A DNA stretch of 30,360 bases, taken from positions 1-30,360 of the IMG/VR virus record IMGVR_UViG_3300032084_002908. The stretch is one strand, 5' to 3'. This document shows, one piece after another, positions 9,285 to 18,746 of the stretch. This stretch comes from a virus (Duplodnaviria; Caudoviricetes). Position numbers and translations under genes: made by a program. The stretch's first letter is position 1. Every line of letters begins with the position of its first letter. Below the pieces are notes generated by a model. It had not been told where the DNA came from. It searched no databases and worked only from the letters and a program-made list of their open reading frames with translations.

Positions 9285-9323
9285 AAAAAAAGAAAGGCCC
9301 CAACCTTTCGGAAGGAGCCTTTC
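9285..9323 (-). terminator. Rho-independent terminator after the major capsid gene
   Basis: Minus strand GAAAGGCTCC-TT-CC-GAAA-GG-TT-GGGGCCTTTC followed by T7, about 25 nt after the stop codon; GNRA tetraloop. Confidence 0.88.
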
Positions 9324-9348
9324 AGATCGAATGTTTTCTAATCTAAGA

Positions 9349-11226
9349 TTAGATCACGTTCATGTCGAGGCACGTAACAGTTCCGTAGAAGTCGGAACGA
9401 ACCATCTTCTTGCCGTAGCGAGTCATCACACCCTTACGTGGGGTGAAGTCCTCAGGAGCGAAGATGGTAGGAGTCACGATGAGAGGTACGTAAGGAGCGT
9501 ATACGTAACCAGTCTCAAGGTAGCTGCCGCCTTTGTAGCCAACGAGCACCTTGTTACGTGGGAAGTATGGATCCTTGTAGACCGTGAAACGGTTGCTCAA
9601 AGTACCAACTCGGTCTGCACCGATGACCAAGCCGCTAACCTGTCCGTCACCGTCGAGGGTGAAGTTAGGCTTGAAGTAAACCGAAGCCTCGAGGATAGTA
9701 GCAACGTCCGGACCAACAACAACGAAGTTTGCTGAACCACGGAGGGTCTTGCGGTGAATCTCATTGGCAACATCGATGATGGTCTCAATGAGAGTCTCGT
9801 ACCACTCACGAACCGTACCAGTGAAGTTCGGGCCAGGAGCGCCAGTGTTGCGGAGAACCTCAGCACCAGTGGTCTTGTTGACGAACTTACCAGGCGAACG
9901 TGACCAGTAGTAGTTAGCTGCACCAGCTTGCGTGAGAAGGTCGTTGAGGATCTCGCGGTCGAGTTCCAGAGCGATCTGCTCGGAGAGGATCTGGGTGAGC
10001 TCAACCTCAGCGTCGAGGCTGTGGTAAGCGTTCAGGTCCTGAGCAAGTTCAGGCGACCAACGAGCGCGGAGCTTGCGGGTCTCAGCAACAACAGCAACTG
10101 ACTCCACCTTGATGTCGATCTCAGGGATGGCAGGCGATGGAGTTGTACCGAAGTCAGACTCGAACGTAGGCACGACGAGAGTGTCGCCGTTGCCAGCCTC
10201 GAGTGAAGCAGCCAGAGGCTTGGTCACAACCATGCTACCAGGAGCAACAGCAACGTCGTTAACACCAGAAACGATCAGAAGCAGTGCTGCACCAGTCGTA
10301 CCAGGAGTCACCAGACCGTCAGGAGTAAAGGTAGCTCCGTCCCAGCGACCAATCTGGTTGAGGCGACGAATGTTTGCAGTTGTACCACCCTGGATTGCCT
10401 TACCGTTCATATCGTTGCCGATTGCTTTGTAAGGACCAACAGCAGGAATTGAGAACTCTTTAACCAGAGTCGTGTCAGCGTTACCGAACTTGGTTGCACC
10501 GGACTCAAGGCTCACAACAACAGCAGTGTAGACAGCCTTACCGGTAGCAGCGCCAGCACCATCGTTGTTGTTCTCGATGGCTGTTGAAAGCTGCGGATCG
10601 AACTGGATCAAGCGGCCGTCAGAACCGGTTGCGAAAAGGTTCGCATCGTTAGAGAGGTCAGTACCGTCGGCGAAAGCACCGGAAGCAAGCAGGGTTACAG
10701 CAGCAGTCGTGCCGTAAACACGCGAGTAGCCGGAGCCAGCCAGGTCGTACTGGCCGCCAACAGCGAGCGAGCCCGAACGAACACCAGAACCAGCTGGGTC
10801 GTTGTAGATCGAAGCGCCTGAAAGGTAAGGTGCTGCGTTTCCAGCATCACCAGCCAAAGCACCACCGTAGGTGTAATCCAAGTAGAAGAGCAGGCCAGAA
10901 GGCAGGCTCATTGGCTGGATTGACACGAGGTCGTTAGCAATCAGACCGCCAAAAACGCGACGGACGATTGGGAAGGCGATGTTTGTGAAACCACGAAGGT
11001 CGCCTGAAGAAGTGAGGTTACCACCACCGGTTGAAACCGATGAAGCCTCTTTGAGCACCTGACCTGCTTGGTTCTCAAGCATGCGAGCCATGTTCTCTCG
11101 CTTGGTGCCATCAAGACCGCGAAGCAGACCAGTGCGGTTCCACTTCTCGACGAGTTGCTTGTTCTGAGTGCCCACGTGGCGTGCGCGGATACCCTCAGTC
11201 AGCATTTCAAGATTAAAGCTAGACAT
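9349..11226 (-). CDS. gp23: Major capsid protein (T4 gp23-like, 625 aa)
   Basis: MLENQ, FPIVRRVF, VSIQPMSLPSGLLFYL, TRKLRARWSPELAQDLNAYHSLDAEVEL, EIALELDREI-like EQIALELDREI, GYVYAPYVPL and FTPRKGVMTRYG. AAGGAG RBS. Confidence 0.98.
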   Translation of the reverse strand: MSSFNLEMLTEGIRARHVGTQNKQLVEKWNRTGLLRGLDGTKRENMARMLENQAGQVLKEASSVSTGGGNLTSSGDLRGFTNIAFPIVRRVFGGLIANDLVSIQPMSLPSGLLFYLDYTYGGALAGDAGNAAPYLSGASIYNDPAGSGVRSGSLAVGGQYDLAGSGYSRVYGTTAAVTLLASGAFADGTDLSNDANLFATGSDGRLIQFDPQLSTAIENNNDGAGAATGKAVYTAVVVSLESGATKFGNADTTLVKEFSIPAVGPYKAIGNDMNGKAIQGGTTANIRRLNQIGRWDGATFTPDGLVTPGTTGAALLLIVSGVNDVAVAPGSMVVTKPLAASLEAGNGDTLVVPTFESDFGTTPSPAIPEIDIKVESVAVVAETRKLRARWSPELAQDLNAYHSLDAEVELTQILSEQIALELDREILNDLLTQAGAANYYWSRSPGKFVNKTTGAEVLRNTGAPGPNFTGTVREWYETLIETIIDVANEIHRKTLRGSANFVVVGPDVATILEASVYFKPNFTLDGDGQVSGLVIGADRVGTLSNRFTVYKDPYFPRNKVLVGYKGGSYLETGYVYAPYVPLIVTPTIFAPEDFTPRKGVMTRYGKKMVRSDFYGTVTCLDMNVI

Positions 11227-11267
11227 TTTAGATTCTCCTTTGAATTAGTCTAAACAGAGTTTTTGGA

Positions 11268-12911
11268 TCAGTTCTTGCCGATACCAGCTAGGACTGCCCA
11301 TCTATCCGTCTCAACGCCACTTTTGGTCTTTGCAGGCTGCGCCGACCGGGTTGATCTGGAGGACGATCCGAGAGTCCTTCTTACAGACTCGCTAAGTTTG
11401 CCACCTTGGCCTCTCCGCGCGAGTGAATCAGAGAGTGACTTGTATAGAAGCTTAGCCTCACGAAGCGTCTTGGCATTATCTAGGGCCTCGACAATTGCTC
11501 GCTGCTGCTTCACAGTCAAGTTTTGGTTTTGCAGAAGCTTGTTTGCGTAAAGAAGCTTTGCATTGAATAGGTTCATTTCCACGAGCTGCTGCTTAAGCTC
11601 AGTAGCTGCTTTCTTGTACTCAGCAGCCTCACGCATTGCGCGGCGTGCAGCATTTCCTCGTGCAGGACGGCGAGCAGCACGACGGCTCTCCGAAACGGAG
11701 CCAAGCTCGTCAGCCAGTACGTTGATCAAAGTATCTTCGTCGATCTCAATTACGTCGCCGAGAACTTCGCCGCCACCAAACTGGTCAGCCTCTTCCTCAG
11801 CGCTCTCTTGGATCTTGCGTTCGTTGCGCATGCGAGCGAGTTCGCGTCGAAGCACAGCCTCGTCGATCTCGTACATCTCGTCCATGTCTTCAGCCTCTTC
11901 CATGTCCTCGCCCTCGTACATTTCGTCGAGTTCGCGCATCATCTCGTGCATGTCTGCCTCTTCGAGATCAAGCTCTTCTTCCTCTTCCTCTTCCTCTTCC
12001 TCTTCTTCAGTGATCTCAAGGTCTAGACCAAGAGCAGCACCTAGATCTTCAAGGGCTGCGGAAGCTGCATCGACGTCAACATCGGCAGGCTCTTCAGCGG
12101 CAGGCTCTTCAACCTCAGCCTCGACCTCTTCGGCCTCGACCTCGTCTTGCTCCATCATCTCTTGCATTTCCTCGACCTTCTTAGCATCCTCCGCCTCGAA
12201 GAGAAAGTCGAAGATGTTCTTCTTGTAGTTGCTTGACATTTCTCTCATCTCCTTAATGGTAGAATTCAGCTTTTGATCGAGGCGCTGAGAACCTCTTCCA
12301 CTATGCTTCAACTCTTGCTGCAAAGAGACCGCCTCTTTGACCAACGAGATAAAGCTAATTTCCAGCCGACGCTTTTGCGCAGCATTGAGTTTGCTTTCGC
12401 TAATGACATTCATTACTTCGCTAAGCTTTTTGACGCGCTCGTTCAGTGCATCAATTCTGGCTGCCAGCTTCGTATCGGGAACAAAGTCATCACGAACAAG
12501 CTTTGCAAATGATTCAGCAAGCGACAGATCAGTCATTAGGCCATCGTCTTCATCTTCATCTTCATCTTCTTGTTCAACTTCGATATTGACGTCACCATCA
12601 GCATAAACAGCGACAGCAGCTTGCGCAGCAGCGTCCATGGCATCATCTGCCAAGTCACCATCTGGCATGCTATCGACGATCGTGTCCAGGCTAAATTCTT
12701 CTTCAGCTGGTGCGTCGAATTCGATGGGCTCGATCTCATCAGGATCGACCATAATATCTTCAACTGCTTCTTGCTCGAACAGGATGCGGTTATTGATCAT
12801 TTGACGAATTTGAGGAGTGATTGACTCCATGATTCGGTCTTTAGCAGCTTGCTCTGCTGCTTCTCTGATCTTTTTAGCATCGAGTAAAGCTTCTTCGTAT
12901 AGTTTTGACAT
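11268..12911 (-). CDS. Prohead core / scaffolding protein (gp22-like position)
   Basis: Highly acidic coiled-coil protein immediately upstream of the capsid gene, with C-terminal LVEMNLFNAKLLYANKL and RWAVLAGI and many (I/L)xE sites. ATG 12911 follows GAGGT; the ORF track uses GTG 12917. Confidence 0.8.
   Translation of the reverse strand: MSKLYEEALLDAKKIREAAEQAAKDRIMESITPQIRQMINNRILFEQEAVEDIMVDPDEIEPIEFDAPAEEEFSLDTIVDSMPDGDLADDAMDAAAQAAVAVYADGDVNIEVEQEDEDEDEDDGLMTDLSLAESFAKLVRDDFVPDTKLAARIDALNERVKKLSEVMNVISESKLNAAQKRRLEISFISLVKEAVSLQQELKHSGRGSQRLDQKLNSTIKEMREMSSNYKKNIFDFLFEAEDAKKVEEMQEMMEQDEVEAEEVEAEVEEPAAEEPADVDVDAASAALEDLGAALGLDLEITEEEEEEEEEEEELDLEEADMHEMMRELDEMYEGEDMEEAEDMDEMYEIDEAVLRRELARMRNERKIQESAEEEADQFGGGEVLGDVIEIDEDTLINVLADELGSVSESRRAARRPARGNAARRAMREAAEYKKAATELKQQLVEMNLFNAKLLYANKLLQNQNLTVKQQRAIVEALDNAKTLREAKLLYKSLSDSLARRGQGGKLSESVRRTLGSSSRSTRSAQPAKTKSGVETDRWAVLAGIGKN
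11973..12008 (-). repeat. Poly-Glu tract (12 codons, GAA/GAG) in the scaffold
   Basis: ctcttc-type repeats on the + strand. Confidence 0.85.
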
Positions 12912-12925
12912 GCTCACCTCTTGAA

Positions 12926-12934
12926 CTAACTATC
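12926..12934 (-). promoter_or_regulatory. Putative late promoter GATAGTTAG upstream of scaffold and capsid
   Basis: Recurring motif in a very short intergenic gap, just before the RBS. Confidence 0.55.
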
Positions 12935-12936
12935 TG

Positions 12937-13554
12937 CTAAAATGGCAAATCGCCTTCTACTTCGGAATCTTTTTTTGCCAAATCTCGTAGGGAGTAAATA
13001 TCGCCTTCATCATCAAGCTCATCAGCTTCTTCTTCTGCAGCGATTTTTGATAGTGGAGGAGACTTTGACCAGCCCTGTAGTGAGCCAGTGCGGCGATAAT
13101 TTGTACCGCCTCCACCTTGGTAAGGAAATGCTGCTCCATAGCCAGTCATGGAAGGGCCGCGCTTTGCGTTTAACTGTGGCATCGAAACCATTGAATCACT
13201 AAATGCAGCAATTTCCAACAAAACCTCGTCTGTTCTCCAGAAACAATCAGATAATTTGGTGTTTCCGCCGACAAAGTAAAATGGATCTGTGCCGCCGGCG
13301 GCCATGTGATCCGTAGGAGAGTAATCTAGACTCTTTTTTCCAATTGCATCCAAAGAAGCTTCGTCTACTTCTGCTTCTTCGTCTTCCATAGGGTCTGGAT
13401 CTTGGTAGGGGTAGGAAGAATTAAGGCCTCTAGGCAGCTGAAATTTTGGTTCCAACTGCCCGTAGCCCAAACCTTTTCTGCTATCTCTTGCGCCAACTGC
13501 AATGTGATCACCAGTTGGCGCTGGTAAACCCGATTTTTTAGTCAAGCCGGCCAT
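12937..13554 (-). CDS. Hypothetical head-region protein (205 aa)
   Basis: Long co-oriented ORF, Gly/Pro/acidic-rich. No clear RBS, so the start is uncertain. Confidence 0.7.
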   Translation of the reverse strand: MAGLTKKSGLPAPTGDHIAVGARDSRKGLGYGQLEPKFQLPRGLNSSYPYQDPDPMEDEEAEVDEASLDAIGKKSLDYSPTDHMAAGGTDPFYFVGGNTKLSDCFWRTDEVLLEIAAFSDSMVSMPQLNAKRGPSMTGYGAAFPYQGGGGTNYRRTGSLQGWSKSPPLSKIAAEEEADELDDEGDIYSLRDLAKKDSEVEGDLPF

Positions 13555-13575
13555 AAGAAATAGTTTTAGCTTTTA

Positions 13576-14124
13576 TTATCCGCCAATTCGATCGACAATT
13601 TCTTTTGCCGAATCAGCCAAGTTAGCAGTCTCCGTGATATTTTTGCCTCTAAATGCAGCGCCATTCGGAGTCTGCTTGCTCGTGAATGCTTCTGATGCTG
13701 CTCCTTGATCGGCCGGTCTTGTGCTGCCTTCGCCGGGAGACGTTGGGTTAGGTACGTAAGGAGTTGCAGGCAAACCGGCATCTCCAGTATCTACTTCGTC
13801 CAAATTGGGAGCATCTTCGTAGTCTAAATTGTAGTTGCCCAAACCATAAGACTTATCTTCAATATTCCCTTTAACAACATTTGCGAGGAACCAAGCTTTC
13901 AAAGCAGCAGGGTCTGAATAATCTAGCTCGTCAGCTTCTCCTCCAGCTTTGATTTTTGCTTCTGAATATCCTTTCAGAGGCGAACCAGAAAAAGCTGCTT
14001 TGAGAGATGCATCATTGCGTGTGCCGGGTTGATTTGCCACGCCTCCAGCGCCGGCTCCCAAACCACCAGCTTCAATTGTATCACTTGAATACGTTGTTCT
14101 AATTTTTAGATTTGCTTCAGCCAT
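13576..14124 (-). CDS. Hypothetical head-region protein (182 aa)
   Basis: AGGAG upstream; Gly/Ala/Pro-rich; co-oriented. Confidence 0.75.
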   Translation of the reverse strand: MAEANLKIRTTYSSDTIEAGGLGAGAGGVANQPGTRNDASLKAAFSGSPLKGYSEAKIKAGGEADELDYSDPAALKAWFLANVVKGNIEDKSYGLGNYNLDYEDAPNLDEVDTGDAGLPATPYVPNPTSPGEGSTRPADQGAASEAFTSKQTPNGAAFRGKNITETANLADSAKEIVDRIGG

Positions 14125-14140
14125 CTCTCATCTCTCCTGA

Positions 14141-14428
14141 CTATACGCGTTTTGCGATACGGTTTGCAAGCTTCTGCTTTGCTTCACGAATTTGCTTGAT
14201 CTTCTTAACAAGACGGCGCTCGTGAATTTTGAGAGCTTTGATGTGATCCAAATCCTTAGCAAGTGAACCTGCTAGCTCATCGGCATCAGTCTCCTCAGCT
14301 GAGACCTTTGCTGGATCTTCAACGCCAGCCTCAATGGGGTCAGACGTTTCGAGCTGTAGTTTCTTTGCCTCTTCTTTGATGACTTTCTTCAAGAAAGCCG
14401 GCGTAATTTTTCTTACTCTTTTTGCCAT
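14141..14428 (-). CDS. Hypothetical small protein, possible internal head/core protein
   Basis: AGGAG RBS. N-terminal KITPAFLKKVIKEE motif, acidic middle and basic coiled-coil C-terminus. Confidence 0.78.
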   Translation of the reverse strand: MAKRVRKITPAFLKKVIKEEAKKLQLETSDPIEAGVEDPAKVSAEETDADELAGSLAKDLDHIKALKIHERRLVKKIKQIREAKQKLANRIAKRV

Positions 14429-14464
14429 TTTTTTCTCCTGTCCCCAAGTTTATAGGGTTCAGAT

Positions 14465-14473
14465 CTAAATATC
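14465..14473 (-). promoter_or_regulatory. Putative late promoter GATATTTAG
   Basis: Recurring intergenic motif upstream of 14141..14428. Confidence 0.58.
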
Positions 14474-14474
14474 A

Positions 14475-14960
14475 CTAAGGAAGCTTTCTTTCCGATCTCT
14501 CGAGAACTTCACCCCAGTTCCTAGTTGCTTCGCCAAAAAGAGAATTAATATCTAATCCAGCTGCAGCTCCAGAGACTTCAGGGCCAACGGCTGGTGAAGG
14601 CATTCCTTGTTGCATCGGCATAGGTGTATGTGAAGGCATCCTGGGTTCATGCTTCATTTGTTCTTGTAAGGTAGTTCTAGCCGTATCTGCAAGAATGCTT
14701 TGTAGAACAGGGTCAGATGTTGCAACAGAAGCAACTTGATCGACTCTGCTGTCAAAAGCAGAATTGCCAGAAGGTTGAGATTTCTTTTCAAAAGCTTCGT
14801 CCATTTGATCAAAAATCGATTTAGATTTTTGAACTCTACGCTTAGGAGCTCTTTTGACGCTTTCTACCATGGTTTCTGTGTCGCCCAAGCCTTCAGAAAG
14901 AATCTCTACCAAACATTCTTTGACAATGCCTTTTAGCATCGTTTTAGTAACTTTTGCCAT
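14475..14960 (-). CDS. Hypothetical protein, possible internal head/core protein
   Basis: Starts 1 nt after the previous stop with GGAG/AGGA upstream. N-terminal KVTKTMLKGIVKECLVEILSEG. Confidence 0.78.
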   Translation of the reverse strand: MAKVTKTMLKGIVKECLVEILSEGLGDTETMVESVKRAPKRRVQKSKSIFDQMDEAFEKKSQPSGNSAFDSRVDQVASVATSDPVLQSILADTARTTLQEQMKHEPRMPSHTPMPMQQGMPSPAVGPEVSGAAAGLDINSLFGEATRNWGEVLERSERKLP

Positions 14961-14961
14961 T

Positions 14962-15366
14962 TTATCCTACTCCATCAAATCCGTTTGAACCTGACAGGAC
15001 TGGAAACTCTTTGACATTTGTCATGCCAGCAACAATAGTAAATCCGGTAGTTCCACCATTTCCTAGGAAAAAGACCTCTTTGCATTTTACCGGTATGCAA
15101 GGAGATACCTCGGATCCTGCAGAAGCCGGCACGACGAATCGGTTTGCAGTTACAGTGCCGGTTACGCCGTTTTCAGTGAAGCCAACATATAAATCATTAG
15201 CGCCAATATTGGTGACATGGATAAACTGTGTCACAAAAGGAAACGAGACCTTGATTGGCGTAGAAGCTCCTACCTCAGTTGCTGTAGATCCCGTCACATA
15301 AGGAAATCCATGAACTTGATATTCGGAAGCAGAGCCGTGATGTGGCCTAGGGTAACTAATACTCAT
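14962..15366 (-). CDS. Hypothetical beta-rich virion protein (possible capsid decoration/cement)
   Basis: AAGGAG RBS and ATGA overlap with the protease stop. Alternating beta-strand pattern FPFVTQFIHVTN...LYVGF. The function is inference. Confidence 0.7.
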   Translation of the reverse strand: MSISYPRPHHGSASEYQVHGFPYVTGSTATEVGASTPIKVSFPFVTQFIHVTNIGANDLYVGFTENGVTGTVTANRFVVPASAGSEVSPCIPVKCKEVFFLGNGGTTGFTIVAGMTNVKEFPVLSGSNGFDGVG

Positions 15367-15968
15367 TTCCACTCCTTGATGTCGTTAAACAATCTAAACA
15401 AACGATCTGATTTTGTGAAATGTTTGTTTAGCTCTGCGCGAGAAAAATCCTTGCCTTCACGCATCATGAACGCACCTGGAGTGGATGGCTCAGAAACGTA
15501 GTCCCAACAAATTAGCTGGAAGTCGTCTTGTACAACATCGTAATCGCCCTCTCGTCGAGTCGAACCGACGCCACGAGAAGAAATGCCTAGCGTCACGCCA
15601 GACTCAACCAGACTCTGCAGGATTTTACCTGAAGGCGTGTCTAACAGCTCAACTGTGCCGTAACAGACTCCTTCGTCCATATAAGCCTCACGGATAATGT
15701 GCGAAGCATTCTTGAGCTCTACAACTGATGAATCTGGGTGGTCACACTCACCAAGAGCTCGGTTTTCCTTGATGAACTTTTGGTAGTTGCGAACTTCACG
15801 CTCCAGAATTTCTTGCGGATAAATTCTGCCATTCTGGTTAAGTGTGTTTGCTTTTTGCAGAATGCCTTTCATGACAATCTTGCCATTATTGAGCTCGCGA
15901 CTTTCTTTGATCTGATCAGGCGAATAATCAAAGGCTAGCCATTCCGTGAGTAGTTTTCTATCGCTCAT
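15363..15968 (-). CDS. gp21: Prohead core protease (T4 gp21-like)
   Basis: NQNGRIYP, ALGECDHP, ASHII, GISSRGVGS (catalytic Ser region) and DYVSEPSTPGAF. Confidence 0.96.
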   Translation of the reverse strand: MSDRKLLTEWLAFDYSPDQIKESRELNNGKIVMKGILQKANTLNQNGRIYPQEILEREVRNYQKFIKENRALGECDHPDSSVVELKNASHIIREAYMDEGVCYGTVELLDTPSGKILQSLVESGVTLGISSRGVGSTRREGDYDVVQDDFQLICWDYVSEPSTPGAFMMREGKDFSRAELNKHFTKSDRLFRLFNDIKEWK

Positions 15969-16794
15969 CGGTCTTCATCTCCTCAATCAAGTGTACGAGG
16001 TGCAGAGTCTTAGCAATGACCACGTCGGTCTTTTCTTCAGGCAGAGACTCAATGCTCTTACGCACTCCGCCAATGTTTTCTTTTAACAGCCTATTGTCGC
16101 AGACTTTTTCATACGCATCTAATTCAGACAATGCACGAATTTTCGTCTCTTTGATAATTTCAATAAACTCGCTATCTGTTCCTAGAATAGAACACTCAAG
16201 AATATTTTTTTGGCTGTCACTCAGCTGCTCTTTGTATTTTGACTCAAATTTTTGATACATGAGCTTTTGGACTAGTGGATCTACATCCATCTTCTCTTGC
16301 AGATTTTCTTCTGTAGATCTAGCTAGCCAGTCAACGAGTTGCTCTTCGTACGTTGCTCTTGTGGTTAGGTCTAGTTTGTCTTTTCCTCTCCACTCATTCA
16401 ACATAGTTTGCACAGTTGCAAAGAGACGATAGTTCTCAATCTTGATATCGTAAAATCTACGAGACTCTGCCAGCCCAGTATTGATGTCCTTAATTAACAA
16501 AGACTTTTCTTGCCTGAGCTGTTGAGGATCGTGCGAACTGGCTGCCTTCTTGCTCTCAGCCAAAATTCTCTCTGCCAGAGATCTAGATCCTACTGGCATA
16601 TTGATTAGAGCATTGAATAACCGAAACTCCCTGTAGAGTTCGGTGCCAGGCTTGAAATGTTTAGCAACAATCTGTACTGCTTTTTCTGCCGCCGATTTGT
16701 CTTCAGCGATCAGCGACGAGGCGACATACCTTACCAGCTGCTCGTGAATCAAACCGACGTTGCGTTTTTTATTATGCTTCGCCACTTTGGTCAT
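15958..16794 (-). CDS. Hypothetical helical protein between portal and protease (278 aa)
   Basis: GGAG RBS; overlaps both neighbours. Basic N-terminus KHNKKRNVGLIHEQL; probable head-assembly role by position only. Confidence 0.8.
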   Translation of the reverse strand: MTKVAKHNKKRNVGLIHEQLVRYVASSLIAEDKSAAEKAVQIVAKHFKPGTELYREFRLFNALINMPVGSRSLAERILAESKKAASSHDPQQLRQEKSLLIKDINTGLAESRRFYDIKIENYRLFATVQTMLNEWRGKDKLDLTTRATYEEQLVDWLARSTEENLQEKMDVDPLVQKLMYQKFESKYKEQLSDSQKNILECSILGTDSEFIEIIKETKIRALSELDAYEKVCDNRLLKENIGGVRKSIESLPEEKTDVVIAKTLHLVHLIEEMKTDER

Positions 16795-18688
16795 CTCCCA
16801 CGTATAGTTCTGAAAGTAAAGACTTCTTAGGAATATTTATCATGTTCCCCATTGACATCATCATTCTTTGCATGTCATCAGTAAGTCTAGGTTTTTCAGT
16901 CGCATTTTCCTGCTGCTCAGGTAGTGCGCTGAAAATGAAATCATCATCAAATGGTTTGTTCATAGAGTCTTGGTTTCGGCCATGCTTGCCTACTGAAACC
17001 ATTTTGGCTAAATCAGGCATATGTGTTGAGCCCGGGCCATTTGTAATTTTTCTGCTGGCCTTGATTGGGCCACCGAAAACATTCAATCGTTTTTCCATTT
17101 TGTCCGGAGCGTCTTCGTCATCCATGGAAAGATTCAGGTGATAGTCGTCGAAATCTTCTTCAGAATCTTCTTCACTAGCTCCGGTTCCAGGATTGGCGAT
17201 TAGTAGATCGCCTTCAGGTCTGTCCCCGGAGAAAAGTCCGCCAGCTTCTTCGCCGCCAGCTTCTTCGCCAGCTTCTGCTTTGGCAGTTGCAGCAGCTGCG
17301 GCTGCTTCAACTTCAGCATCTTCGACTTTATCGACAACACGGCCTTCTTTGATTAGGCCGATTTCTTCATTTGTCAAACCAAGAATATTTCTTCGGATCC
17401 AAGCTCTGTCGACCACCCCTTCAGGAGCTGCGCCGGCAATTTCAAACTGAGATTGGATCAGTTGCAATTTTTGCTGCTGAGCAACTGAAGAAGGATTGGT
17501 CAATCTCAGATTGAAATCAGCGAGATCTTCACCCTCAAAACCATGGCAATACAAATGAATCATTGCTAGCTTGTTGAGTTCAGCAATAATAGTCTTTTGA
17601 ATTCGCGTAATAGTACGAGAAAATCTAATATCCTCTTGAGCCAAGGTGGCTTTCGCACCGACGTCTTCATCATATCCGAGATATGCGCGCGGGATCTTCA
17701 GGGCAGCAAAAAGTTTCTTCTGAATGTATTGTACGTCTTCGATTGCCGCGGCGTTTTGACCACCAGCTAGCGTGTCGATACGCGTGCCACTCTCGCCGCC
17801 TCGAACAGGCAAAAAGTAATCTTCATCAACTGAATAAGGATTGTAACGATAGTCAACCTTACCATTTGTCTTGTCCACGACGGGTTGACGCTTCAGAGAA
17901 GATTGCGCCTGCTGCATATAGTTTTCGATCTCTTCTGGTGCAATGTTACCAACATCAATGTAAAAGACGCGACGTTCTGGAGCGCGAATGACTCGATAGA
18001 CAAGCATTGCGTCTTCCATCAGAATTAGTTGGCGCCAGATTCGACGAGCAGACTCTAATACTGATGAACCGTAAGGTAAGAAGGCATCGTTACCCAAGAG
18101 TCGAAAGTGACTGACTTGCCAGTTTTCCAGCAATTGATTGCCTTGCGTGATCCACCTGAATCTAACCGCCATCGGATCTTCGGCATCAAAGCCTTCCTCT
18201 CTTTCGATCTCGCTGATTGCAATGGGATAAGCATTAATGACACCGTACTCTGGTGAGATGTCATTGAAAAGAAAAAAGTCTCCGTACTTGCACAGGTTTC
18301 TGGCCCACATTACCAAGTTGAAGTCAACATTAAGAACGTCGTAAAAGAGCTCTTCCAGAATCTCTTGGATTCTGTTGTTTTCTGAATAGATGTGGAGCAC
18401 TCTGCCTTTGTCGTCACCGCTCACAGTCTCTTCTGCGTAGATGTCAAGCGCTGAACCGATTTCTGGCGTTGCTTCCATCTCGCTAAAATCACTGTAGCGA
18501 GACATGCGATCGAATGCACCGTAAGCGCTTAAAGTGCTGTTATAAACGTCACTATGCGCTTTTCGAAAAACCTCGAGCGCCGAAGAAGCGCCTGGCTGGC
18601 TGTAATCTCTTACTTTTCTGCGAACAACCGGTCCTGATCGGAACAGTTTGGTTAGCCTAGTAAAGAGTGATCCTTTGTTATCTGCCAC
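16772..18688 (-). CDS. gp20: Portal vertex protein (T4 gp20-like)
   Basis: WRQLILMEDAMLVYRVIRAPERRVFYIDVGN, EDYFLPVRG, IDTLAGGQN, DVQYIQKKLFAALKIP. AGGAG RBS with GTG start. Confidence 0.97.
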   Translation of the reverse strand: MADNKGSLFTRLTKLFRSGPVVRRKVRDYSQPGASSALEVFRKAHSDVYNSTLSAYGAFDRMSRYSDFSEMEATPEIGSALDIYAEETVSGDDKGRVLHIYSENNRIQEILEELFYDVLNVDFNLVMWARNLCKYGDFFLFNDISPEYGVINAYPIAISEIEREEGFDAEDPMAVRFRWITQGNQLLENWQVSHFRLLGNDAFLPYGSSVLESARRIWRQLILMEDAMLVYRVIRAPERRVFYIDVGNIAPEEIENYMQQAQSSLKRQPVVDKTNGKVDYRYNPYSVDEDYFLPVRGGESGTRIDTLAGGQNAAAIEDVQYIQKKLFAALKIPRAYLGYDEDVGAKATLAQEDIRFSRTITRIQKTIIAELNKLAMIHLYCHGFEGEDLADFNLRLTNPSSVAQQQKLQLIQSQFEIAGAAPEGVVDRAWIRRNILGLTNEEIGLIKEGRVVDKVEDAEVEAAAAAATAKAEAGEEAGGEEAGGLFSGDRPEGDLLIANPGTGASEEDSEEDFDDYHLNLSMDDEDAPDKMEKRLNVFGGPIKASRKITNGPGSTHMPDLAKMVSVGKHGRNQDSMNKPFDDDFIFSALPEQQENATEKPRLTDDMQRMMMSMGNMINIPKKSLLSELYVGDDQSGEA

Positions 18689-18703
18689 GTTTACTCCTGA
18701 TGA

Positions 18704-18712
18704 CTAAATATC
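18704..18712 (-). promoter_or_regulatory. Putative late promoter GATATTTAG upstream of the portal gene
   Basis: Recurring motif immediately upstream of AGGAG. Confidence 0.6.
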
Positions 18713-18746
18713 TCATCTGGGTATTATATGAAAAATTCTAATTTCG

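Noticed and set aside
11563-12228. 221-aa Ser-rich plus-strand ORF
   Set aside because: Antisense mirror of the Glu-rich scaffold (GAA/GAG codons read as TCT/TCC); no RBS or independent signal.
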